Source: an uncultured Pseudomonadota bacterium
GTDB lineage: Bacteria; Pseudomonadota; Alphaproteobacteria; Rs-D84
Reading direction: 5' to 3'
NCBI GenBank assembly: GCA_902774285.1
Contig: CACYHO010000002.1
Coordinates: 27,023-91,022 of the forward strand
Length of the DNA: 64,000 nt
Below, piece by piece: positions 51,801 to 57,825 of this stretch. How positions within the stretch are numbered: position 1 is the first letter of the stretch; each line of letters begins with the position of its first letter. The notes beneath the pieces are model-generated. The model made no database searches. It worked only from the letters and a program-made list of their open reading frames with translations, and was not told the DNA's origin. The translations under genes were made by a program, and so were the position numbers.

Positions 51801-52165
51801 GCGGTACAGTTGCTGCCACTTCTGTTGCTTGTTCCACCACCACCAGAATATCCAGTTTTACATGTACAATATGTGGCACCTGCAGACGATGTTGCGTTCG
51901 AAGAACACGATGTACATGATGTAGCACTAGAATTTGGTTGATATGTTCCCGCCGGACATATTACACAGCCTTGGATCGTTCCACCCCCTGTAAGTTGGGC
52001 ACATGATGTCTTGTAATAGCCAGCACCACATGATGATGCCGTCGGATCGGTATCTCTACACATAGGTACCACATCAAGAGAGAACGCATTATTTGTTCCA
52101 AAAGCAACACACAACGCAAAAATTGCGCCATAGAAAAGACGTAAAAATCTGCGGAAAACCGCCAT
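39716..52165 (-). CDS. N-terminal 4,149-codon segment of the giant secreted repeat protein
   Basis: Signal peptide MAVFRRFLRLFYGAIFALCVAFGTNNAFS and Cys-rich CPAGTY..C..C modules. Three FYVDCG + BspA-LRR modules and dozens of Listeria-Bacteroides type repeats (NGG ... GY.F.GW ... LYA.W). Confidence 0.85.
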   Translation of the reverse strand: MAVFRRFLRLFYGAIFALCVAFGTNNAFSLDVVPMCRDTDPTASSCGAGYYKTSCAQLTGGGTIQGCVICPAGTYQPNSSATSCTSCSSNATSSAGATYCTCKTGYSGGGGTSNRSGSNCTASSTCSLNEINFNGTCKTAYFSVKTTSSTTSISFEFGGAAQGTFYVDCGLGGTPSYSEANSLQYLSTTVSGTVAKVYIKGINCTSSSGNYSCSGKQTVTCSYSLAGEHIIRFSGDVEDYLAISASMVDNTETSDSNYNRCPKWNVFRIASGSGEKVQSVSGSLGKIFKTLTNGNKQPIFRETFSGTKNMTSIPANVFDGVSGEPGICMFAYTFSGSGIQNIPTGLFSGLHGTSAGLFHGTFYGNEGLTEIQPALFETIAGEQQSYMYYNTFNGAKYLKYIPKDLFGNIYGTPSYGLFYDTFRGAGLSGDGLHGLPETLFNRLSGVPAKMAFKNMFALAKYDASDYYVSESLITNFADTGYDIGSSTSAFHSFTAPEYVNGVKVTPVLSESCPANMRKLTYQDKLFIKHISGAVCGRCYNNTLSGCENATICSPGQYANSTTCSNCPSTFPNSDIGAVSINDCYATVTFMQNNCNPPVVVKYQYESDGNYAVRLIDVSKANDEFVGWYKTANFSGNAVTNSSNQSGNLVLYAKWANTNTACNSKYYKVRLNHNGGTGTKNILYALSNGNMYDSNVNLVQGNSSGNISSTTPPTLSGYTFAGYYDANYQTEQWISSSGSINVSSVANYIANHYTNTDEVTLIAKWTQNAPSTYTVTLNKNASDATAGTTSVTATYGSAMPTPITLPTRTGYKFNGYFTATSGGTQYYDKNGASVKNYDNTSVTTLYAQWTVNTFYVKYYGYGNTGGTTPANQTCTYGGNCTAAPANTYTKTGYTFDGWICVLDINDGLCEEKQIYSAGESIATAAGSQYRTDTITLTAKWVKNTYDITYMDGGMTLTGLTPTTTYTVGTGATINATPSKAHGSFDKWCLDAGLTNCATTQTISTTAIGDKTYHSKFTCDTGYTFNPGSAVDLVDIIGTGAAESQASIDANYNANYKEYTNHDPSFYGLTAGDNNSFAVNYGDRGIIRGHAACSTTSGTVNFNGTNSTFSTQSSINDRPYDTDAGHCWCHIDGYTADGENWQKVSSSWVLTNNFDQNHYCAGDCSFICAYRLMADDNDNLAYRAALLGSVDRGFPGTASTCAANTYTVKYACGTGATGNPPTNGTATYNANFTPDANNTCAKTGYTFAGWNDGTSDRPAGTAFKWTYTSGKTFTAKWTLASSNLTFNLNGGTGTAPTAGPATAGQSMPTLSSTTKPTKTGYAFGGWWDDPDVGDGTQYYRRDGSSARTWNKTAANVTLYARWVPVYTITLNANGGSPTQYMYAVSEDYEYDGISFGVYFDAAATVNASNKLITDYKDRQGNSILAVPTRTGYTFDGYYNTQSGGHQVISETGYTSVDGDDIDYLAGESSGNFTIYARWIAKASNLTFNLNGGDGTAPTVSDPAIYGQSMPTLSSTTKPTRSGYAFGGWYDTSAATGGTAYYTRKGSPVRTWNKTDANVTLYARWVPVYTVTLYARGGSPTPQYMYAVSSGNADYGSDLTSGIYCDDAATIEAWDDYNITTSQCGKSVPDYTGYTFNGYFDAQTGGNLMITRNGYIGYDSEDDDTGELDDEASDSTRSFPIYAQWTPNTYTVTLDDATNGGSGGMGTIKEIYGNKWTDANGNTITSVTIPTSASGLFQGYYDSNNVQKISANGALTNKTLITANATWYAKFSNCVCTTATGVASCESIASDDPNRCKYTYTCREYYNTNGAQSGTFYGNTNSQSSTSPSCDPNGYAITLDNANATTNGTATIYTTYNTNVYLDSARTTIVNSSNPIIIPQRSDYITVSYNANGGSIKNALTDDNTKSTYEFDGYYSDVTGGTQYISGAGYMTTDGRNAGKLYTTNNNVWHAQWQPQYVYPPVVNTRDGYNFLGWYETQNGGNCVARCTSGSTYIGPSRYTPSAAITLYAHWEPLVYKVTLQDNGANTSSNVSEFWYRYNESNNPCTYYAADASVAENRTSANCLSTPITLPTRLGYTFNGYNFSTSGNGTQYIDSSGNILDAVYTTNGNITAYANWTANRYTVETDLNDGNSSITSSNATYNSSFTKSGPTRDGYTFAGWNITGMDDTEHTIGSSTTNATSLSGITAKTFKNLRATSGTVRFTAQWTPNTYTITYKTSYNGEVINGLNPTSYTTGSTINLPTNVNVADHVFSGYWYDDNGNTINKITSDMYGDKELYAKWTRITCPPGYYVRAENTTNGNDCEECYGGGYYCPGGPITITNIDQGKIDCPTTTNAQEGAYSITGYATLPWLSGDIELSDTEGDCAAGFVYGKQSVIETSNFGYSISADQNYDSSLPANTRNAMSTTSCAYDSTTHAYTNCLPLLPGAALGFYDIVLCANGYYIPQSDIDFETQIASQINQCDGDSTCTTNVINTIKSHMGAPYVCTEGDAGYYTATYDAVINNENMEEEEREFYSNNIGAISVYGNLTDLETGDVTTDVSDTYKSCSVETNGAYTHSQRAAWMKKQCYATISFNTYGGNTIADRNYYYNDGGNMGTCLSAIIDETDAEMVMFKSKRLNGTYCYAGDNGNTAISEDCNNALFDDLSNGDWAVEWTYGTINGKSWCSTTSAASAGTVGNPNTTASGNNCWCKVESFVDNNSNVSTSASDTWVFSNTMSECTNNCAISCAGGVIANPKMHAAEFDDACVSDEFPIPVRDGFTFAGWYTSLAYTGNPLNTSADLSGGDQTLYAKWTSNTYTVTLDDVTNGGSGGMGTIKEIYNSRWTDANGNTITSVTIPTSTSGLFQGYYDSNNVQKIQADGLLRSTVSTTADTTWYAKFSNCRCLHDVSVASCESIVSDDPNRCKYTYTCVEYYNTNGEQSGTFYGNTNSQVSTSPSCNPNTYTITYNLDGGSGCDNTTYSGTTTLCEPNRTGYSFGGWATSADGGVVYASGSSVTNVDLTLYAKWSQNTYTITYNLDDGTNNANNPSSYNVNSETITLADPTKTGYTFDGWFAESTFDTRITEITHGSTGNKELYAKWTLLTGICSSTEIEYLGTCYPRKFWMDIVIPDDDKQFQFMIAAAGTFYVDCGADGTLTSNADPTDVDNLHGTRIYRPDYPNKRIYTCTYTTAGTKTINFAGEAEGYGNGTETSISFNTMNFTSVGYTDSQLLQQDTNVKKINKIYGSLGSIFKTITNLSNNNWEAQPMFMETFAGGSEIEETIPANIFSGVTGTRIYMFESTFDGCSKLTGGVPDFSNISGAGQNRMFYRTFNGCSGLNGTIPSDAFLGINSAATEMFSGTFHNCSGLTGKVPSFKNIIGGADSMFAGTFYGCSGLNSTIPSDAFSGINSAAASMFAYTFSGCSGLTGNVPSFKNIVGGTGANNMFIATFFSCSGLNGTIPSDVFSGITGTARGMFAGTFYGCSNLNQMPDNNGVVHNYVDGSFLNNVYTAGTNYSTNNIMTDMFNDSGFDNPCPAGTYQVKSEFGSAASKPWCSPCPNNYTSVSGSNDTINQCYTTCPVTDTNNQGTYLSGNAYYVGEGVADDVSQCKYTYTITYNLDDGTNNANNPSSYNVNSETITLADPTKTGYAFDGWFAESTFDTRITEITHGSTGNKELYAKWTLLTGICSSTEIEYLGTCYPRKFWLDVVIPDDDKTFGFSIAAAGTFYVDCGADGTLTSNANPTDVDNLYGTRIYRPDYPNKRIYTCTYTTAGTKTINFAGEAEGYGNGSETSISFNKVNYTYSGYTGTQLLQDTNVKKINKIYGSLGSIFKTVSNLSNNNWKSQPGFGETFAGGSEIEGTIPTNIFSGVTGTRTMMFESTFEGCSKLTGGIPDFSNIHGEGKPSMFSGTFRNCSGLTGPISPDAFLGITSAASSMFAVTFYGCSGLTGSVPSFKNIVGGTGADNMFRHTFYNCSGLNGTIPSDAFEGINGTAQSMFDNTFAGCSKLTGRIPYFSNINGAGQSRMFFRTFQGCSGLSGPISPDAFLGINSAATEMFSGTFYGCSGLTGNAPSFKNIVGGADSMFRQTFSGCSGLSGVPSDAFSGINSAASGMFSGTFQNCSGLTGNVPSFKNIVGGTGADNMFANTFYNCSGLNGTIPLNTFSGITSTAEGMFASTF
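39720..43155 (-). repeat. Two tandem coding modules of about 1.74 kb (Flg_new repeat, FYVDCG domain, LRR block, Cys module)
   Basis: Equivalent positions are offset by 1737 bp, e.g. AATATTCAATTTCTG at 41164 and 42901. I count only 4 mismatches across about 240 nt (41164-41403 versus 42901-43140). Confidence 0.85.
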
Positions 52166-52359
52166 GTGTAGAATGCCTTCCTTTTATTCTTATAAAGAGT
52201 GTAGAAAAAAATCGTATGGTCTGTCTATTAAAATCGTGTATATACAATGCGTTTTTTTCATTTGACAGGATTTTGAAAAAATCATCAAAAATCATTTTTT
52301 ATTTTTAGCATTTTGTGATATGATGAAAACAAAATAAAAACAACGGGCAGGGGGTTATT

Positions 52360-52569
52360 ATGAAAGACGATGTAAGAATGCTGAAAACCAGCGAAATTTC
52401 AAGCGATGTTTTCGTTATTACGCCCGCTCAGATCGATATTATTTCTCAGCAATTCGGCGATGCGTTGGCGGAAGCGATGAATATCAGACCTTTGGCACAA
52501 AAAATCCGCATTATCGCGTCGGATATTTTGGTTAAAACCCTGCAGGGCGCCAAAACTATGGGCGAATAA
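52360..52569 (+). CDS. Small hypothetical protein, 69 aa, with atypical codon usage
   Basis: A GGGGG purine tract lies 6-8 nt upstream of the ATG. Third codon positions are much richer in G/C than in neighbouring genes. No motif recognised. Confidence 0.35.
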   Translation: MKDDVRMLKTSEISSDVFVITPAQIDIISQQFGDALAEAMNIRPLAQKIRIIASDILVKTLQGAKTMGE

Positions 52570-52614
52570 TACGTTTTTCACATTGAAAATAAAAAAATTA
52601 ATGCTATCATTCAC

Positions 52615-52932
52615 GCACCAGGCGCGAAAAAGCATAGCTTTGTTGCATTCGTCGCAACAAAGAGGAAAGTCCGGACTGCGTGGGACAACATAGTGGCTAA
52701 TTACCACACGGGGCAACCCGATGATCAGAGCAGCAGAGACGAGCGTGTTAAGTCACGGTGAAACGGGCAATCTCTATGTGCAGCAACCTTAAGTAAGATT
52801 CCAAGACCGTCCCAGTCGTTAACGGAATCGGGTAGAGGGCTTGACATTTTGCGGTAACGCAATTTGCAGATTAATTATGCTTGGCAACCATTTCGGTTGT
52901 TACAGAATCCGGCTTATTGAACGCCTGGTATT
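52615..52932 (+). ncRNA. rnpB: RNase P RNA, bacterial type A, compact
   Basis: Conserved GAGGAAAGTCCGG (52662-52674) and ACAGAATCCGGCTTA (52902-52916). The P1 pairing is ACCAGGCG (52617-52624) with CGCCTGGT (52922-52929). Ends are approximate. Confidence 0.85.
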
Positions 52933-52962
52933 AAAAAAAATCGCATTCTTGCGATTTTTTTT
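52933..52962. terminator. Bidirectional terminator between rnpB and the tolA-like gene
   Basis: A8, then TCGCA-TTCT-TGCGA, then T8. Confidence 0.7.
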
Positions 52963-52968
52963 ATTTGT

Positions 52969-53718
52969 TTACATAACTTTTCCACTGGTTGGATAAAAAG
53001 TAACCGATGTATCACGCCATTTATTGTATTCATTACGTGGCAACATCGAAAACGGAGAACAGGTTTTGATTGCAGATTTTGCAGTGTCCAAAACATATGC
53101 AAAATCTGGATCTGTTTCGGCACGCGATTCTGATTCAAACCACAAACGATCAACTACACCTGTTGGTAAAAATTTTATATGGGCAGTAAGACGAATATCT
53201 TCGATACCAGGATGCGTTGTATCAATGTTCCAACAACGTGTCAAAGCAACCTTTAATGCATCAATCACAGACACCGTCATTGTACGATCCAAAGATAACA
53301 CTTCACGGTTCACACGAACCACTGTTTTTTTACGAGGAGCAGGTTTATCTGCGACCTTTTTTTCGTCTTTTTTCTTTGATTTTTCTTTGTTTAAATCTTT
53401 ACTTTCATTTTCAATCATAGTCGGTTGTTTCAAGTCGATTTTTTTAATTTCTGTATTTTTGTCTTCCCGGCTTTTTTTATCAATTTTTTCATCTTTTTCT
53501 GGCTGCATTTGGTTGGTATTATAAAGCTTGGTTTCATCACCAGAAATTTTAACATTTTTTAAATCAATTTCTATTATTTGAACACGGTTTGGTGTGACTA
53601 ATTTTGCACGTTCAACAACCACCGAAAAAGATAACATCATTATTGCAATCAAAACAAGATGCCCAAATACAGACATCAGAAAATTTTCACTTTGAAATTG
53701 TGTATCTTTACTTATCAT
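52969..53718 (-). CDS. tolA: TolA-like cell envelope protein (TonB/TolA C-terminal domain)
   Basis: N-terminal TM helix, a Lys/Glu-rich linker, and a C-terminal domain (ALTRCWNI....V.F.P). It lies directly after tolQ-tolR. Confidence 0.7.
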   Translation of the reverse strand: MISKDTQFQSENFLMSVFGHLVLIAIMMLSFSVVVERAKLVTPNRVQIIEIDLKNVKISGDETKLYNTNQMQPEKDEKIDKKSREDKNTEIKKIDLKQPTMIENESKDLNKEKSKKKDEKKVADKPAPRKKTVVRVNREVLSLDRTMTVSVIDALKVALTRCWNIDTTHPGIEDIRLTAHIKFLPTGVVDRLWFESESRAETDPDFAYVLDTAKSAIKTCSPFSMLPRNEYNKWRDTSVTFYPTSGKVM

Positions 53719-54119
53719 TTACTATCAAGTTTTGTTCGTAATCCAACACGCTGAAAACCAACATCTTTTAATTTACCCATCATCGACATAACCGCACCAT
53801 AATCTGCATGCGTGTCACCACTTAAAGTAATTGCAAGATTTGGATTTTCACCACGCATGGCGATTGCACGCTTTACGATTTCATCACGTGGCAATTGTTG
53901 ATCCAACAAATAATAATTTCCTTTGCTGTCAACACTTATTTGAATTGCATGATCATTGCCAGTCATTGCAGATGTGCCCGCACGCGGCAATTCTATATCG
54001 ATTCCAGTTGTCATCATTGGCGTTGTAACCATAAACACCGCCAATAATGTTGTCATAATATCTATCATTGGTGTCAATGACATATTTGCATCGCTAACAC
54101 CAGAACGTCTTCTGGACAT
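53715..54119 (-). CDS. tolR: Biopolymer transport protein TolR/ExbD
   Basis: MSLTPMIDIMTTLLAVFMVT TM segment and an ExbD-type periplasmic domain. Confidence 0.85.
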   Translation of the reverse strand: MSRRRSGVSDANMSLTPMIDIMTTLLAVFMVTTPMMTTGIDIELPRAGTSAMTGNDHAIQISVDSKGNYYLLDQQLPRDEIVKRAIAMRGENPNLAITLSGDTHADYGAVMSMMGKLKDVGFQRVGLRTKLDSK

Positions 54120-54130
54120 TTGTACAATCC

Positions 54131-54622
54131 TTATTTATGTTTCATTTCTTTGACAGTGTCTGATAAAGAATCATATAAATCGTCTGATTTTTTAGAAAAC
54201 ACATTGTATGCGATAGCTGCAGGAACCGCGGCAATCAATCCCAATGCAGTCGTTCCAAGCGCAACCGCCAAACCTGGTGCAATAACACCGATACTGACCG
54301 ATTGATTAACACCGATCGACGCAAAAGAATCCATAACCCCCCAAACTGTTCCAAACAAACCTATGAATGGGGCAACGTAAGAAACCATCGATAAAAACCA
54401 CAAATTTTTATCAAAAGGACGTATTAATTTATCAACTATGGTATCTAAATTGTCACCGTGTTTGACAGCCACAGGATTTCTTTTTTGAAAATGCCAAACG
54501 CGAATTTTTTCAATAATAACCGCCCAAGACAAAATACTGGCAGCAACCAACAATAATGACACAAACAAAGTCATTAAATCACGACCACTAAAAAGTGATA
54601 ACAAAGAAAAACTATTTTCCAT
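54131..54622 (-). CDS. tolQ: MotA/TolQ/ExbB proton channel protein, short form of 163 aa
   Basis: PFIGLFGTVWGVMDSF and GLAVALGTTALGLIAAVPAAIAYN motifs. Confidence 0.8.
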   Translation of the reverse strand: MENSFSLLSLFSGRDLMTLFVSLLLVAASILSWAVIIEKIRVWHFQKRNPVAVKHGDNLDTIVDKLIRPFDKNLWFLSMVSYVAPFIGLFGTVWGVMDSFASIGVNQSVSIGVIAPGLAVALGTTALGLIAAVPAAIAYNVFSKKSDDLYDSLSDTVKEMKHK

Positions 54623-54644
54623 CTCTCTTCCTTTCTTTATAAAA

Positions 54645-55022
54645 TTAATTCAACGCATTTAATATAGATTCTGGTATTGCCTTTGGTCGCATATCAGAAC
54701 CTAAATACGCAATTGTTATGTTCATTATAGCACAAATTTCACCATCTTTCACGAACTTTTGTTCAATCATCATAGAAGCTGCACCAATTTTAACTGGTTT
54801 TGTTTCGACAGTAAATTCATCGTTCAAAAAAAGAGGGTGCATATATTTCACATTTACTTCGCGAACTACAAACCCAGCATCACCGTCTGGTATTATAACA
54901 CCACGCGACCAATTAGAACGCGCACGTTCGCCAACTTCTATATAGCGCGCATGATACATTATCCCGAAAGCATCGGTATCTGCATACGCGACTGCAAAAT
55001 TAAATATATGTGTTTTTGTCAT
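54645..55022 (-). CDS. ybgC: Tol-Pal associated acyl-CoA thioesterase (4HBT fold)
   Basis: VAYADTDAFGIMYHARYIEVGERARSNW matches the YbgC hot-dog motif. It lies between ruvB and tolQ. Confidence 0.8.
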   Translation of the reverse strand: MTKTHIFNFAVAYADTDAFGIMYHARYIEVGERARSNWSRGVIIPDGDAGFVVREVNVKYMHPLFLNDEFTVETKPVKIGAASMMIEQKFVKDGEICAIMNITIAYLGSDMRPKAIPESILNALN

Positions 55023-55041
55023 GATAAAATCCCATTAAAAA

Positions 55042-56034
55042 TTATTTTTCAAAACCAAGGTGTTTATATCCCGCTTCTGTTATAACGCGTCCACGTGGGG
55101 TACGCTGAACGAAACCAAGTTGCATCAAATATGGTTCAATTACATCTTCAATTGTATCTGCCGGTTCAGAAAGTGCAGCCGACAAATTATCAATTCCCAC
55201 AGGGCCGCCAGCATAATTTTTAATTATTGCACTGATATATTCACGATCTATTTCGTCCAAGCCTTTGTCGTCAATATGTAATTGATAAAGTGTTGTTTTA
55301 ATTGTGTCTGCATCAACAAAATCTTTGTTTGCAGCCGCAGCAAAATCACGAGCGCGCTTTAATAATCTGTTCGCAATACGCGGTGTTCCACGCGAAGATG
55401 CCGCCAACATTTCTGCACCAGCAGTGTCAATATTAGTACCCAAAATCTTTGCACTGCGCATAATAATCTTTGCCAAATCAGACACAGAATAAAACGACAA
55501 TCTTAAATCAATCCCAAATCTGTCACGCAAAGGATTCGAAAGCAAACCTGTACGCGTTGTCGCACCAACCAATGTAAAAGGCGGCAAATCAATACGAACA
55601 GACTTAGCCGTTGGGCCTTCGCCCAACATAATGTCCAACTTAAAATCTTCCATTGCAGAATAAAGGACTTCTTCTATCGCAGTTGGCAATCTGTGAATTT
55701 CATCTATAAACAATACGTCCATTGGTTCTAACGCTGTTAAAATAGCCGCCAAATCACCTTGCTTTGTAAGCATAGGAGCAGAAGTCGCACGAAAATTCGT
55801 TCCTAATTCGTTTGCAATAATGTGCGCCAATGTAGTTTTGCCCAATCCCGGAGGCCCATAAAGCAATACATGATCCATTGCTTCACTGCGACCACGTGCC
55901 GCAGAAACGAATACAGATAAATTTTGTTTTAATGCTTCATGTCCAATAAAATCATCCAGAGTTTTTGGACGAATTGTGTTCGCCATTTCATCTGGAATAT
56001 TAGGATCCATAAATCTTTTGTTTTCGTTCATCAT
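55042..56034 (-). CDS. ruvB: Holliday junction branch migration helicase RuvB
   Basis: [26 protein letters not shown] and [18 protein letters not shown]. Confidence 0.97.
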   Translation of the reverse strand: MMNENKRFMDPNIPDEMANTIRPKTLDDFIGHEALKQNLSVFVSAARGRSEAMDHVLLYGPPGLGKTTLAHIIANELGTNFRATSAPMLTKQGDLAAILTALEPMDVLFIDEIHRLPTAIEEVLYSAMEDFKLDIMLGEGPTAKSVRIDLPPFTLVGATTRTGLLSNPLRDRFGIDLRLSFYSVSDLAKIIMRSAKILGTNIDTAGAEMLAASSRGTPRIANRLLKRARDFAAAANKDFVDADTIKTTLYQLHIDDKGLDEIDREYISAIIKNYAGGPVGIDNLSAALSEPADTIEDVIEPYLMQLGFVQRTPRGRVITEAGYKHLGFEK

Positions 56035-56036
56035 AA

Positions 56037-56696
56037 TTATAACAACTTGTCATCTGAGTTTTCGCGTCCAACATACGCCTTTAAATCATTATACATTTGG
56101 CGTAAATCTGGGGCCTGAGAATAATTACAATCTGCGTTTTTAACACGAATTGTTTCCAAATCAATTTGAGCCTGTTTTTTCAACACTTGTGTCAAATGAA
56201 CACCGAAAGCAGTTGCTTCATCGCCTTCATTCATACCCTGCAACAGCAATCCGCGATTAGGGCGGGGTGATAAAAACCCAAAATCAGACACAGACGGATC
56301 GGGAGACACCAGCGCAAAACCAGAAATTTCTGGACGGCGCATCATAGCCTGTAATACATACCAAGCACCCAATTGATGTCCTGCCAACCAAATCTTGTCG
56401 CTGTCTTCATTTTTGTTTTGTATCCAATCTATTACTGTTGCGATATCCAACATATTTTCAGCAGTTGTTCCAATCGAACCTTCGGAATCATTAACACCAC
56501 GATAATTAAAACGCACCACAGAAAAACCTATATCCATAAAAGCACGGAACATCGCGTAAGAAACACGATCGTTCATATGGCATTTTTGACGCGGGCTGCC
56601 TGATAATATAACCGCCAATGGGGCAGCTTCTTGTTCTGATTTGTGATATACAGCATGTAATTTGCCAGATTCACCTGTTATAATAACATCTACCAT
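56037..56696 (-). CDS. Alpha/beta-hydrolase-fold protein with a degenerate nucleophile elbow
   Basis: Its length and layout are those of short alpha/beta hydrolases. The elbow reads GHQLG where GxSxG is expected. Confidence 0.6.
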   Translation of the reverse strand: MVDVIITGESGKLHAVYHKSEQEAAPLAVILSGSPRQKCHMNDRVSYAMFRAFMDIGFSVVRFNYRGVNDSEGSIGTTAENMLDIATVIDWIQNKNEDSDKIWLAGHQLGAWYVLQAMMRRPEISGFALVSPDPSVSDFGFLSPRPNRGLLLQGMNEGDEATAFGVHLTQVLKKQAQIDLETIRVKNADCNYSQAPDLRQMYNDLKAYVGRENSDDKLL

Positions 56697-56783
56697 TTCT
56701 TCACCTTAATCTTTTTTTCTTTCGTATTATATCACATTTATAAAACAATTTCGTTATTATTTTCAATAAAAATATTTTTTGCT

Positions 56784-56813
56784 TTGACATAACCCATTAA
56801 AATATTCTATTAT
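56784..56813 (+). promoter_or_regulatory. Sigma70-like promoter TTGACA-18-TATTAT
   Basis: TTGACA at 56784-56789 and TATTAT at 56808-56813, about 35 nt upstream of the 56849 start. A GAGAAAGG Shine-Dalgarno is present. Confidence 0.45.
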
Positions 56814-56848
56814 TTGATAAGAAGTATACGAAGAGAAAGGTTAACCAT

Positions 56849-57784
56849 ATGAAAAACTTTGCTTTTTTTGCTACAATGTTGGCTTTGGGCGCAAGTAATG
56901 TTTGTGCTGCACAATATTACGATGATTACATGTATGATGATTATTCGGTTCAAGAAACCGTTTATTCGGAAATACCTGTGCGTTCATATTATGCATATCC
57001 TGACGATCAAAACTTTATTCCTGAAACAGAATTCATGAATATGGATGATGACATCGACTATGATGAAGTAATATACCAAGTACGCAGCGAAGAAGCAGAT
57101 GCAAATCCTGGTGTTCAATTCACAGAAAGACCAACTATTATCTGTCGCGACTTCAATTGCACACGCTTGAATGACCGTATAACACGTACATTCTTGTTTA
57201 ACAGTTTGGCAAATATGTTTATGACAAATGCACATTCACGCGTTTATATTTGCGAAGCAGATCCTTTCTCACGCAGTTGTTTACAGTCAGGTATTTCGTT
57301 TCCTGTTCGTTCTGGCATAGCAAACGCGTTGGTAAAAGTGCCAAAGGCCACAATTTCCCAGGTAAATTTATCAACTGGGCTTTCTCGCGCAACGGTTACT
57401 ATGACTTATGAATTCTTGGTTAATGGTATCCAGCGCACATGCGAACCAACAATTATGGATATATCTGTTCCTAATAATTCACAGGCCACATTAACAAATC
57501 GCGAATTTACTTGTAATTTGACAAGTGATGGTATGTCTAACATATCCTTGCTATTAAGTGTTGATTACATTGATTTAGATTACGGGCTTATCGGTGCATA
57601 TTATTCAATTGGTATGCAAGGTCCAGCATCTGGTGGCGCAAACGGATATCTGGCGTTCAAAACAGAATTCACAACAAACGGTGCAAAATTCCGCGCAAAC
57701 ACATATAAATACGGTGAAAACCTGGACAATCCAGGACGCGCTATCAAACCAGGCGAATATGCTGTTGAAGCACTAGGCAGATAA
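56849..57784 (+). CDS. Secreted hypothetical protein, 311 aa
   Basis: Signal peptide FFATMLALGASNVCAA, then an acidic Tyr/Asp-rich stretch and a Cys-containing domain. No family recognised. Confidence 0.5.
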   Translation: MKNFAFFATMLALGASNVCAAQYYDDYMYDDYSVQETVYSEIPVRSYYAYPDDQNFIPETEFMNMDDDIDYDEVIYQVRSEEADANPGVQFTERPTIICRDFNCTRLNDRITRTFLFNSLANMFMTNAHSRVYICEADPFSRSCLQSGISFPVRSGIANALVKVPKATISQVNLSTGLSRATVTMTYEFLVNGIQRTCEPTIMDISVPNNSQATLTNREFTCNLTSDGMSNISLLLSVDYIDLDYGLIGAYYSIGMQGPASGGANGYLAFKTEFTTNGAKFRANTYKYGENLDNPGRAIKPGEYAVEALGR

Positions 57785-57825
57785 TATCTCGTTGGTCTGG
57801 CGCAACAAAAAGTAGTGTTATAGTA

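Noticed and set aside
31093-52165. A possible diversity-generating retroelement target, with template/variable repeat pairs among the near-identical cassettes.
   Set aside because: No reverse transcriptase or accessory gene is present in the window. Differences between cassette copies are not confined to adenine positions as far as I can see.
31093-52165. Dedicated secretion or anchoring machinery for the giant protein, meaning a T1SS ABC/MFP pair, a two-partner TpsB, an autotransporter barrel or a sortase motif.
   Set aside because: Nothing of the kind is encoded in the flanks, and the C-terminus shows no motif I recognise. Only a standard Sec signal peptide is supported.
31110-52308. Dozens of 60-130-aa ORFs in the supplied track on the plus strand, or in other minus-strand frames, inside the giant gene.
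   Set aside because: They lie antisense or out of frame to a long, strongly periodic coding frame. Their low-complexity composition mirrors the repeats, and none has a start context or motif.
52166-52359. A promoter for the giant gene and for the divergent small ORF.
   Set aside because: Several weak -10-like hexamers occur in very AT-rich DNA, such as TATATA, TATGAT and a TTGACA at 52262. None has a convincing partner at proper spacing, so no promoter is called.
52399-52716. A 105-aa minus-strand ORF.
   Set aside because: It overlaps the 5' half of the RNase P RNA and lies antisense to the small plus-strand ORF. Its relatively high GC explains why the frame is open.
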